A stretch of DNA of 62,071 bases, counting the filler, from Bipalium vagum (lineage: Eukaryota): the NCBI GenBank assembly GCA_037834085.1. It is 3 parts of 3 records of this genome, joined end to end, with 100 filler letters (N's around TTAATTAATTAA, not from the genome) between each part and the next. Parts side by side here need not be neighbours in the genome. Positions count along the whole stretch, not along the records: positions 25,802 to 43,599 come from JBBMKC010046130.1; positions 43,700 to 62,071 come from JBBMKC010031173.1; 1 more part is not named here. The stretch is one strand, 5' to 3'. Of the stretch, positions 38,611-51,300 are shown piece by piece; position 1 is the stretch's first letter; each line of letters starts with the position of its first letter. Both the position numbers and the translations under genes were made by a program. The notes beneath the pieces are model-generated. The model was not told the origin of the DNA and made no database searches. It was given only the letters and a program-made list of their open reading frames with translations.

Positions 38611-41600
38611 ATGCAAAATATTTCAACTGATCAATTCGAAGATTTCTTTAATACACAACATTTAGAAAAACGTAATTTTTACTGTGATATTTGTAAAACA
38701 AGTTATAATAAACAAAATTATTTAACAAGACATATTAAAAAAAGTAAATTACATATTAATAATATACAAAAAATTTAAGAAAGAGAAAGAAATTTATCTC
38801 AATTTAATTTTACAGAAAAAATAACTAATTATTATTTTCAAAATATTAATTCATTTAAAATACAAATTCATTTAGTTTGTACATATTTAAATTCTAATGG
38901 AATTTTTAGAGATTATAGTGTTTCTGTTCATCAAAGAATTGTTACAAAACAAGATATTAAAAATAATTTAGATGAAATATTTGACAGAATAAAAACAAAA
39001 ATGGAAGAATTGATATGAAAAGGTGGTTTAATTATTTTTAAAATGAATAAAATATCTTTATTAATTTTTTAATATAAAAAATCTCAGAATTTCCACATAA
39101 TTATTATCAATATTTACAATATTTAAATTTAGAAAATATTTCATTTCCAATGAATTTAAAAGATATAAAAAACTAATAAACAAAATCCTTTTATAAAAGT
39201 AAATATTTTTGAAATAAATAAATTAATGAAAATAAAACAAATTCATATTGAACATTTATATTGGAAACCGACTACAGTTGAAGATGAAAATAAAAATTCA
39301 ATTCATTATACAAATCTTTTCTTTTATTCAAAACCTTGGGAAAAAGTTGATTGTAACTATTTTGTTTTATGTAAAGATGTTTCAATATTTTTTAAAAATT
39401 CTAATAAACAAATCATTTCCTTGTTTAACTTGTTTATGTTCTTTCTGGTCTTTTGAATCATTACAAAAACATTATAATTTAGATTGTAGAGAACATAGGC
39501 CAGTAAAAATACTTTTTATCATAAAAAGTATTTAGAATTTGATAAGTTTCATTTTAAAAATAAAGTTCCTTTTTCGATTTATGTAGACTTTGAAGCTCAT
39601 AATATTTCTATTGAAAAAAATTATACAACTAAGGAAAAAGAAAAAACTTTAAATAATGAATATTTTTGTGAAAAGATTTTAAACAAGAAATCATGTGTTT
39701 TGGAATTTATTTAAAATCAAACTATAAACATCTATTTCAATCAAAATATATTGAATTTTTTGGAGAAGATGCAACAATAAAATTCTTTGAATTCCTTGAA
39801 GAATTAAATAAAAAATTTGAAAAAATATTAAGAACAAATTTTGAAATGGAAATGACAGAAGAAGATACAATTAATTATGAAAATTCAAAAACTTGTCATT
39901 ATTTTGAAAAAAATTTTATTTATAATATAAATGAAAAAGAATTTAAAAATTATGAATCTATTTCAGAAACAGATTTGAAGGAAATGATTTCAAATGAAAA
40001 TAAAAAAGAATATATAAAAGTGAGAGATGATGATCATCTAAATGGAAATTACAGAGGAGCAGCTCATAACAAATGTAATCTTGACGCAAAGAAAATTAAT
40101 TTTGCTCCATTATATTTTTACTATGGTTCTAAATATGATTTACATTTAATTTATAAAAAAATATTTTAATCAGAATATTTGAAAATACAAAAATTAAATA
40201 TTTTACCAAAAACTGATCAAGAATATGTTTCTCTTCAAATTGGTTGTATTAGAATTCTCGATGCATTCAGATTTTTTACTCCATATAGTTTAAAATTTAT
40301 GGGTTCAACATTAAAAGAAGAGGACTGTAAAATTTTAAAAGACATGGTTTAAAAAATTTTAAAGGAATATATACAAACATCAGAAAAATTTAATGATATA
40401 ATAGAAATAATGAATGAAGAAAATATTCCTCCATATCAAGAATTTTATTCATCATTAAGACAATCAAATATTGGAATAAAAATTAAATTAGTGCTCAAGA
40501 AAATTGGAAAGAATTAAAATGTAAAAATATGATGGATTATACAAAGAAATATTTACTAATAAATGTTTTAATTTTAGCAGACTTATTTGAAAAATTTAGA
40601 GATAATTGTTTAGAATTTTATGGCATTGATTCTTGTTATTGTTATTCATTACCTGGATTAACTTGGTTAGCAGGATTAAAATATACAAAAGTAAAATTAA
40701 AATATTATAAAGAAGAATCATATGATAAATTATTATTTTTTGAAAAAGCAATTCGAGGTGGAGTAAGTTCAGTTTTAGAAAATAGAAAGTTATTTGTAAT
40801 AGCAAAAAAGTAAATCCTTATTTTAATCCTAATAGAAAAATTTTTGATAAAGTAGAATTAAATGAAATATTGAATAAATTGAAAATGAGAAAAAATAATG
40901 AAATTAAAAATTTAGATTTATCAAGTTTTTAAAAAGAAAACTATTTGTAATATATTGATGCAAATAGTTTGTATCCCTCTGCAATGATAGATGAATTACC
41001 AACAGGAGAAATGAACTGGATTATTACAGAAGATGATTTAATTAATTTTATTGAAGATCAATGTCTAATTTTTTTAAACTATGAAAGAACATTATCTGGT
41101 GAAAATAATTCAGGTTTTATTTATGAAGTAGATTTAGAATATCCGAAAGAAATTAAAGATAAAACAAAATATTATCCTTACTGCCTAAAAGAATGTTTTC
41201 CAAGTGAAAATGAATTTTCAGATTATCAAAATGAAATGAAAAATAATAGATATAAAAATTATAAACCAAATGAGAAATTAATTATGAATCAGAAAAAGGA
41301 ATATAATTATATTATTGAAGGAAGAATGTTAGATTGGTATTTAGATCATGGTATTTAGAAATTCACAGGAAATTAGAATATTAAAAATCTAACTGGTTAA
41401 AATCTTATATTGAGTTTAATATTTCTATGAGAACAGAAGCAAAGAAAAACAAAGATAAATTTGGAGTATCGCTTTCTATGGGAAAACTTTAGAGAATGTT
41501 AGAAATCGTCAAGATATTAAAATAGTTTGTAATTATGAAAATTTTAAAAATTAGTTTGAAAACCAAATTATAAATATTCAACAGAATTTAGTGAAGATGT

Positions 41601-42090
41601 TGTTGCTGTACATTTACTTAGAAATAATATTAAACAGGATAAATTTAATTTTATTGGATTTAAAATTTTAGAATTATCTAAACTTTTACTTTGTAATGTA
41701 TAGATTTATTTATGATTGTATTGATAAAAGAATTGAGGATTGGAAAATTCATTATGTGAACACTGATTCATTATTTTTAGAAAAAAAAATTCCATTTGGT
41801 TCATCTTTAGAAAATGAAGTTGAAAGTTTGATGATTATATTCATCCAACAGATTTATGTAAATTTAGAGATGAATTAAGAGAAGAAAAAAAATTTATAAA
41901 AGAAGCAATATTTTTACAATCGAAATTTTATTCATATAATACTTTTTTCTGATAAAAAATCAATTGTAAAAATGAAACAAATAATAAGAACATTTCAAAA
42001 CAAATTTAATTATAAAATTTTAATAATTTTTTAAATAGTAAAATATTTGTATAGATTAAAATCAAAAGATCATAAGATTTATTAAGTTGG
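38611..42090 (+). pseudogene. polB: Near full-length decayed pPolB (copy 2) with N-terminal zinc fingers and EndoVII-like domain
   Basis: FYCDICKTSYNKQNYLTRHIKKSKLH (C2H2), FPCLTCLCSF..LQKHYNLDC, VPFSIYVDFEA (ExoI), RDDDHLNGNYRGAAHNKCNL, GSKYDLHLI, GIDSCYCYSLPGLTW..AIRGGVS, YIDANSLYPSAM..LPTG, GFIYEVDLEYP, FYGKTLENVRNRQ, IHYVNTDSLF, FLQSKFYSY. Confidence 0.95.
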
Positions 42091-42399
42091 ATTAAGTTGG
42101 AAGAAGTGAGTATTCGATGGGATAGAAGGAAAATATAAATCCAACTTTTTAAAATCGTGATATTATATGTTCCATTATAATAGAACATAACTTACCATGA
42201 TGCATTATCATAAGTTACTGTTTAAAGATATATAAAAACTTGCCTAATCTTCTGCTTCATATAGAAGTCAGAAGTTTTCAAGTCAATATGCATTAAATAT
42301 TTTCAATAATTCCTACATTTCAAACACTTTTTGCACATTGTTATGTATGAAGTGTTTGAAGATCAAGACCTGGTAGCATCGGTAGTTGAAAATTCGTGC

Positions 42400-42790
42400 C
42401 AAACCAAAACGGATCTTGGTAAATTATTCAATGATTCTCAATCTTCATTTAGCTGACGTCTAGAAGTTATGGGAAAGATATACATAGTAGGAAGAAGGGT
42501 ACCACACGAGGTTAAGACGAAAGACATGGAAAGACATAAAATCACACTTGAAATTTTGCTTGATCGAAAATTAAAGGGAAAAGTTTCCTGCACCGAATTA
42601 TTAAAGAGTGATGAAAAGTGGATTTCTTTCAAAAGCACTAAACGCAGAAAAACAATTTACACATCAGGAAAACCCTCAAAGGCAACACTTAATAAAAATA
42701 CCCTCAGGAAAAAGGCTCTCCAAAGCATTTGGTGTGACCAAAATGGTGTAATCCATCATGGGTTGTTAAAACAAGGTTATTATTAACGAA
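42400..42790 (+). mobile_element. mariner transposase remnant
   Basis: GRRVPHEV (WVPHEL-like), SDEKWI, KALQSIWCDQNGVIHHGLLKQG. Confidence 0.85.
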
Positions 42791-43426
42791 GGAAAACATT
42801 ATGAATAAATTGTCGTTTTCGTTTTATGTTCCTTCAATATTTATATTACTTCTTAAATAACGAAACATTATTGTAAAAATGATCACTTTCAATGCATAAA
42901 CCTGATATTGTTCAAATATATCCAGGATAAAACGTCAATATTAATCATTAATGAGTGACATTGATCGCCGCAAAAAATTAAAATTAAGTCTATTAAATGT
43001 CCGATTTTATTGGGATGGACGAAACAGTTCATCGCTTTATAAAAATTATTATTAGAAAGGTTTTTTCGACAATTATTTATTTTTTCAAAATTTTCAAACT
43101 AATAAAAAATTTATAAATATTATATTTTTGATGTTTCATTATTGTTCTGGTTTAATCAATATATTGATTTTTTGAAATTTTTTTTTAAGAAAAATTAGAA
43201 TAACATTTTGAAAAACTATTCATCATATATAATACCTGTATTTTTTTTATTTAATTTTAAAAGAAACAATTTTTAAAAAATAATTGTTAAATTAAAAATG
43301 TGGAAAACAAATCAATGAAATCAATTGTTATATTTGTTTTTAATATGATTTCGTACAATTTAAACAAATTATTTGTTTGTTTTAATAAAGTTTATTAAAA
43401 AATTATTTTTTCACCATCAATACACA

Positions 43427-43587
43427 ATGATCAGATTTGTTAAAAGTTGGTTTCCATGAAACATTTACGATGAAATAATTTGATTATAGACTTCAAGAAC
43501 TTATTGAAGGTTGGTGCCCTGGGGGGAACTGTAGGCGTTGCATCTTTGCATTTTGTTCCGAAGTACTTTGAGCTTATGAAATCAGAT
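43427..43587 (+). CDS. Putative first two exons of an unidentified gene, truncated by the gap
   Basis: ATG at 43427, 44-nt GT-AG intron 43446-43489, spliced MIRFVKNFKNLLKVGALGGTVGVASLHFVPKYFELMKSD. Confidence 0.35.
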
Positions 43588-43789
43588 GTATGGCAATAAN
43601 NNNNNNNNNNNNNNNNNNNNNNNNNNNNNNNNNNNNNNNNNNNTTAATTAATTAANNNNNNNNNNNNNNNNNNNNNNNNNNNNNNNNNNNNNNNNNNNNG
43701 ATTGTGATGGAAATTATCTTGTATAAAAAATTTTGTTTATTCTTGTAAAAAATAAACTTTTTTACAGTCTTAAAAACCGTCATTTTCAA

Positions 43790-44130
43790 CTTGTACACCT
43801 AATATTTTATTGTTAATATAGTGGTTAAAACATTTTTTCATATATCAAAGAATTGTATCTACATAGTTTCAGTAATTATACAAATTCCCCTTTTTAGTAA
43901 TGTTGATGTAAGTCTTTCTCTAAAAGTATGATAGAGATTTCTTGATATTTCTCGTTTTAAAAATTTATTTGGAAAACTGCTTGAAATAATGTTTTTGCAT
44001 GCTTTAGTGGATTATTAGAATAATTAATATCTGACAGTATTTTCCAATTATTTTCTATTCAATTAATATCAATGGATTTTGATGGCCATTCAGTTATTTC
44101 GAAATCTTATGTTTTAAAAAGGCCTTTCTT
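43790..44130 (-). mobile_element. Tc1 transposase C-terminal remnant
   Basis: EWPSKSIDIN*IENNWKIL corresponds to the WPSQSPDLNPIENLW motif. Confidence 0.7.
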
Positions 44131-44768
44131 TTTATTCGATATGTAATTCGAAAGTTGATTGTGAGCGTAGGCAGCGAGCAGTTGACGTAATTATGTGTGG
44201 TGTGGTGTGGGCTTGCTTTTAATTAACCGTGGGCATTGTGTGATTAGGATCGATGGGCAAAAAAATCTTTTATACCTATATATAAATGATTTGTTTAAAT
44301 AATTGATAAATAACAGAATAGGTATTACCAAAAAAAGATAAATTCTAAAGAAAATTATTATGGTATTATCAATATTTGAAATGAATCATTGTTTGAAATA
44401 TTAGTCTGGATTATACAAAAATACTAGAGCGTTTAGATGAGACTATATCACATATAAAATAATAAACAGTATTTATATAATTTAAAATTAACAAGTTTTT
44501 TTATACATAATTATCTTAATTTGACTTTGAAAGAGTTCTTGGCAGTCTGCTCTCCAGACATTGTTGACAAATTTTTATAAGTCATGCTCTAATAAAAAAA
44601 TGATCAATTTGACCTTTACTTATTAAATAATAATTATAAATCGTAGTTCAGAAATATTTCTATAATAATTTAAGAGTAAAGCCTACTCAAAAATTTACAT
44701 TAATATTACTCGGTCATTCCATAAATAAATAAAAATACTCCATTAACTCCTATTTATTTTTTCTATTA

Positions 44769-45508
44769 TGTTATTCAGAAATGTTTGCACGTTTTTTGTT
44801 AATATACACTATCTGGAAGAAGTATTGGTACGATCACTTCATTTATAAAATATTTCGATTTATGAAGTAGTATGACACTTACTTTTTGAAAAATAATTGT
44901 AATTAAATCTACACTATATTAATCTATAAGTATCAAATAGCATAAAGATCAAAAAAATATTTTTAAAAATCTATGGACATAGATTTGGAAAACACAGGAA
45001 ATTAAGACCCCAAGAATTATTCGTACGATTATATTTAATAAATATAAACAAAAAAGTATTAAATTTATCTGCATTTCTAATATTTTATTGGTCTTCATTT
45101 CCTATTAAGAACCATTTACATCTATTATGCATTAATTGGGCAAGTTTTCTTGCAAAAATCAGACGGAAATTTCTGTCACTCTTCTATGATACATGCTTTT
45201 AACATTTCTTTTCCGCTTATCTCCCTCTTCCTGAGTTTTCTTTTCAAGTAGGCCCATAAATTCTCAATATGATTCATTAAAGGAAAAAGATTTCAGAATA
45301 AAGAAGTGCTAAAAAGGAAATTTGAACAGTTCATTGCCTTCAGGTCTACCGAATTCTATCGCATATGAATGGAAAATGTAACAATTCGTTGTCAAAATTG
45401 TGTAAACACTAATGGGATTTTTTGTTATCAATAAACCTTTTGATTCGGCTGATTTTATGCTGTTTCAAAATAAATATACAAAAAACGTGCAAAACTTTCT
45501 GAACAACC
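44769..45508 (-). mobile_element. Non-autonomous Tc1-like element with ~30-bp TIRs
   Basis: ttcagaaatgtttgcacgttttttgt and acaaaaaacgtgcaaaactttctgaa are inverted repeats with TA flanks; internal NHIENLWAYLKRKLRKR on the minus strand. Confidence 0.7.
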
Positions 45509-48332
45509 TAATATCATTTTTAATAAACAGAAACTATGCCTTTAAATAAATGATATTTTATTTAGTTTGAAATCCAACTAAAGGATTAATCAATCCAAAT
45601 ACTTTCACCCTCATCTTATAAAAAGTTATTTCCTTTCCTTCATCAGAATACTTTGTCATTTGACTACTTAAGTGGAATTTTTTCGTCAATTGATAAAAAT
45701 AAATCAGAAAGTGGAGAACTTTAAAATTATGATAACTCTTCTGAGATACGATTTTAAGCAGATCATGGAGATATTAAATCAAAGAAATCAACCTGAAACA
45801 AATGCCAAATAATTTATTAAATTGAGCACGATTTTACAATTAATTGTGAATAATTTATTTCAGAATCCATTATTATTTTCCTCATCTTCAGTTTAAAAAA
45901 AGTAAATTTCAAGTTTTTTATTTTAAAAAAATTATTTAAAATATTCTTCATAAATATATTAAAGCGATTAAAACAATAAAACAATAATTGACAGTAAATT
46001 TTTGATTAAGTATTTTTGATAAAATATGGGAATGTTAAAAAATCTTTAATAACTTATTTTATCAGGGGAAGATATTTGAGATTTTCAGATCACAATCATA
46101 TCTCAATTGACAGTTTTCAATGCAAAGCAATTTTGGATTAAATAAATGTTAAAGGATTTCCTGATTAAATGAACATTTGTTCATTTTGGAAACGAAACTA
46201 GGATAACATTTTCCTGATAACTGATATTCTGTTTTCAATTTCATCGTAAAGTTTTTCTTTGATATTTCTGATATTTTATTTGGCATTATTTTAAACTATT
46301 ATTTAGTTATGAAGTATATCTCTCTGGGATACTTCAGTTGGTGGAGTCTATAGACAGATATTGAACATTTTGTTTAATATTTTAGTGTGATCAATTTTAT
46401 TTAAGACTTTGATGTTCTTTGATCCAGAAGAATTGGTAGCTTAACGAACAGAATAGGTTATGTAAGGATCACGGTAGTGCAAGTTGGTTAATATAAATAT
46501 TAACAAATATCACAGATAAGATATTTGGAGTACTTTTTTTTTGTTTTTTCAGTTTCAATTAATTTGATTCAGTGTCCGTATTTGCTATTTGACCCACCTA
46601 TTTCTTTGCTGGTTGTTACTGGCATAATATTAGTTAAACTCTGATTATCAGGCTCATATTCAACAGGTCTGGTCGTCAGATTTCGTATATTAATCGTATA
46701 ACAAAAACTTTTAAATTAGAAAATTCCGAGTGCAAAAGTATTTTCCATTGTATTAATTATAATATAAATAATTTATTCGATCATTTGTGTTCGTTCCTCT
46801 TAAAAATTGATTTTTATGATTTTGAGTAATTGATCTTTTTTATATTATAATGAAACGTGAATACTGATATTAATTATACATTTCCTTTCTACAGTTTTTT
46901 CATTGTTTTTCTGCTGAAATTAAAAATAACATAAAGTCATTATAAAAATAATAAATAAAGTATTCTTGTTTAGTTGTTATTAATTAAGAAATCAGTTAAT
47001 TATATTTTCTATTTTAGAAAAGTATTGCTTTTGATAGAATCTTTAGGAAAAAATATTTATTTATTTTAATGATTATTTATTTCTGTTAAAGATAATGTTA
47101 AATTTGAATTAATTTTACTTAACGATTACGGATTATGAAATCCAAAAATTTCTGAGAACATTCATAAAATTAATGTAGTGTGGTTATAGGTATTTCTATT
47201 CAAATTAATAATATTCAAAAATAAATCATTAATAATAATCAATATATAATATGACGAATATGCTAAAATATCTCAATAATTTACTATCTTCCTCAGCCCC
47301 GTAAACCCATGGGATATGTTTTGCTGAGTTTAGAATAACTTGTAAAAAAATTATTTAAACCAAATATTGAACTTGACTGATCATTTTTAGAACATTAAAC
47401 AATAGGAATAAGAAAACTATTGTGTAATAATAATTTAGAGATAAATAAAGAAAATATTTCGGTTGGATAAAGATATTTAATTATTTTAATTTATCATAAT
47501 AAATTAATTAAAACAATTATTACATTTAACAAATAGTTAATAAAATATTCAATAAAATATTTAATAAAATATTTAATAGATAATTCAATAAGTAATTAAT
47601 AATTTCATTTCTTCGTTTTTTATTTTTGTTTTCGTATTTGTTTTGTTGAAACTAGTACATATGTTTCCTAATAATGGATAAACATAAATCACAAATGAAA
47701 CTTGTCAGTCTGGTTGATTAATAATAAAAGAAAAAATTGTTTCAATTAACTTTTAGAAAAAAATATTTTTTGCTTTAGAATTTTAAAAAAATTTGAAAAT
47801 ATACTTAACGTTAATTTTTTAAATCTTACTCTAAAATTAAATCAATAACAAAAAATAGTAAGTAAATTTTTAATCAAAAAAAAATTTTTTTTTAATTAAT
47901 TTATATTTTACTTTTTTTTAACTGATATTTATCTGAAATTTCACTTTTACAATTTAAAATAAGTTTTATTGACCTAATTCATATGAAAAGATTAAATTAT
48001 TATTAGTTTTGTTATTATAATTACTATTGTTATCATAAAAATAATAATAATAATAATAATAACAATAATAATTATATTAATAATAATATTNNNNNNNNNN
48101 NNNNNNNNNNNNNNNNNNNNNNNNNNNNNNNNNNNNNNNNNNNNNNNNNNNNNNNNNNNNNNNNNNNNNNNNNNNNNNNNNNNNNNNNNNNNNNNNNNNN
48201 NNNNNNNNNNNNNNNNNNNNNNNNNNNNNNNNNNNNNNNNNNNNNNTATTAATATTAACTTAATATTAAATTTTATAATTATATGAAGTAAAAATATTGT
48301 AATTATAATTTATATATAAATATTTAATATAG

Positions 48333-51300
48333 GTTTGGAGTGATAATCGTCTTGAATGGAATTCTGAAAATTACGGTGATCTCAACACTGTTTCGATTCC
48401 TGCTCAGGATATGTGGCTCCCAGATATTGGAATCATGAATGTGAAAAATAGCAAAAATTTTGACTTCAGTACGATTGCTCAATCACGCATAACAGCAGAG
48501 TCAGACGGAAAAATAACATGGTTACATGGTGCTATTTTAGATGTGACTTGTCCCCTTGATGTCCGATTCTTTCCATTTGATGTTCAAACTTGTTATTTGG
48601 TAATAACACCTTGGCAGAGTTCAGATAAACAAATGCTTATTCATCCTTATCAATTAGGATCAGCAGTTGACAATAGTTATTTACCTAATTCTAATGTCAG
48701 TGAATGGGAAATAAGAGCTGTTCATTTCAAAAGAAAAAGATATCGCAGCGACTTGAATGTAACATATCAATACATTCAAGTGAGCATACATTTACGTCGC
48801 CAACCATTATATTTTGTCGTTCTGGTCTTGATTCCATTCTCTATGCTTTCCGGATTAGCATGTTTAATTTTCACCTTAGAAGACACTGGTGACAGATTGA
48901 GTGTTGCCCTGTCACTCGTTCTTAGTATGACTATGTACGTCGTAATAGTTTCTTCGAACGCTCCCAGATCAATGAGAAGCTTACCAGTAATAGGTGAGTG
49001 TGATACCTATTGATTTTATATTCTCGACGAATTTAGCTTCGAATTTCTAAGTTATTGTTATATATAACTAAACAAAATATCATTTAAATACTTATTGAAT
49101 TTCAATATAACACTTGCGTATTTTCAGTTAATAAATATCAATATTGAAAATAATTTACAATTTTTTAAATAGCATTTGTTTAGGCAAAAATTCATTTTCA
49201 AATTGATATTTCAGTCTTGTAATATTAATACATTGAAAATCGATTTTTAATATTTTATTGATTATAAAATCAATAAATTATTTTTGAGAAAATGTAATTC
49301 TTTTATACCAGTTTAATAAATATTTAAGGTACATTTTTGTTAACAAAAAATTTTTAATGACTTGACCAAATACAATTAATACCTTGGATCAGTTTTAATT
49401 AAATTTTAATTACTAAACATGTAAATTGTTATTAAAGTCATCTGGTGACAGTTTCGAGCCTTAAGATGGCAGAAGTAAGATTTAAAAATTTAACTAAATC
49501 AGCTTTTGATTTTCTCAAGACTCCATATGGTCGTGTAGAAGACTTCATATCGGCTGGTAAATGTGTCAAGAAATTAATCATTTTCCGATGGATCATTCCA
49601 TGTATAGAACATCTTATAGTCCTCTTTGAAGGTAAACCTCCCTTCAAGAACTGTTTTAGGAGATTCTTTTATATCTGTCTTAAATGTATTATATTTTACA
49701 ATGCATTCGAAAAAAGTCACAACCAATTTTTGTGATGATGTGTTTTTTGCTTTTTATTTAATCTATTTATCAAGTTTTTAACTTGGTAAACTTTATTGTT
49801 GGGTTCAACTATAACTCGAGACAAAGATCTCCAGCAGTAAGATTGGTTAGTAAAATTTAAATAACACTGTTTTCCTCAAGATATTGTCATTAAGAGTCGA
49901 AGGACATAAACGTCCATTTTAACTCATATTTTCACATACTGGTTTATTTATGAACAGAAAACTTTAATTTAATAACAATACTATTCAACATATCAAATTG
50001 TTTTCTTGTTATTAGTGTGATTCACAAGTAATTTCATTTTTATGATATAATAAAGAACGAACTAAAGTAAGTAAATCTGAACTCAATGCAGGTAGTTCAT
50101 CTATCTGCCTATCATACCATTCTTTGTCTTTCGACATGAAAAACTCTTGGCATCCCTTTTCCACCTCGTCCAAATCATTAAAGATACGCTCTTTGTAGGT
50201 ATGTCCAATTTCTCGGAAAAAATGATTAACCAATGGTTCAAGGTTGATTCTGAAGTTCGCTCTCACAGTGATTAAATATTTTGAATCACATTTGAACTAA
50301 AAAGGTTGATATATATAAATATCTTCACCTTCCTCCTCCCATATTTTTAGTAGCTGAACTTGCACTGAAATCTTGTTTCCAATAATAACAAAGGAGTATC
50401 CTAATTTAATTTATAAATTTATGTTCTTTTAGAAAAAAGACAAAATTATCTATGAGAATTTTAAAGGTGAAAAAGAAGTCAGAAAAGGTTAAAGATATTT
50501 AATTCTATCATGCTTTCTGTCAATTATTTTGTTATCACCTTTAACAAGTTGAGCTTTCAATATAATAAATAAATAAGATAATATAATAATAAATAATAGC
50601 TAATAAATGTAATAACTATATTTAGTGAACATAAATATAAGATCAATACATTTCAAATCAATTTACTACAAAGTTTGAATCGAATATCACCCTACTGACT
50701 ATATTCCAAATCCAATGAATAAATAAAGGAGTAAATAACAATTCTTTGAGATCCTGTTCATTGACATTAACAAGAATTTTCATTCTTTTTTGAAAGCATA
50801 ATTTATATTTATAATAAAACTTGTCTTCCTTAGTGCATTAAAATAAATTATTTTTTGATTTTTCATAGAATTTAATTCCATTTCTCTAAATTTATAAGCA
50901 TAACAAGGAAATAATTACTAGCATCAACTAGGTAGATAATTTTCATTTTCCTTAACTTTTTGATGGAAATTTTTCACTAGATCCGGTTTCTTTTAACCAT
51001 AAGAAAATGAGTATGAATTAGCTTATTTTGATATTAATGCTTATTTGAATTTTCATAATTTCTCTCTAAAATATTAATGAAGTGAGAACTTTTTCAAGAA
51101 AAAATAAGCGAAAACCAATTCCATATCAGCTTTAAAATATATTTACGTATTATATTTCTTTATAAATAAAATAATTATTGAATTCGTATTATCCGTTTAT
51201 CGATTTTATAGATTTAATGTAATAATTAGTGAATTGGGATTCAGTCAAATTGATTTCTTTTAACTAATATTAGATTTTCCGGTAAAGGAGTCGTTTTTAC

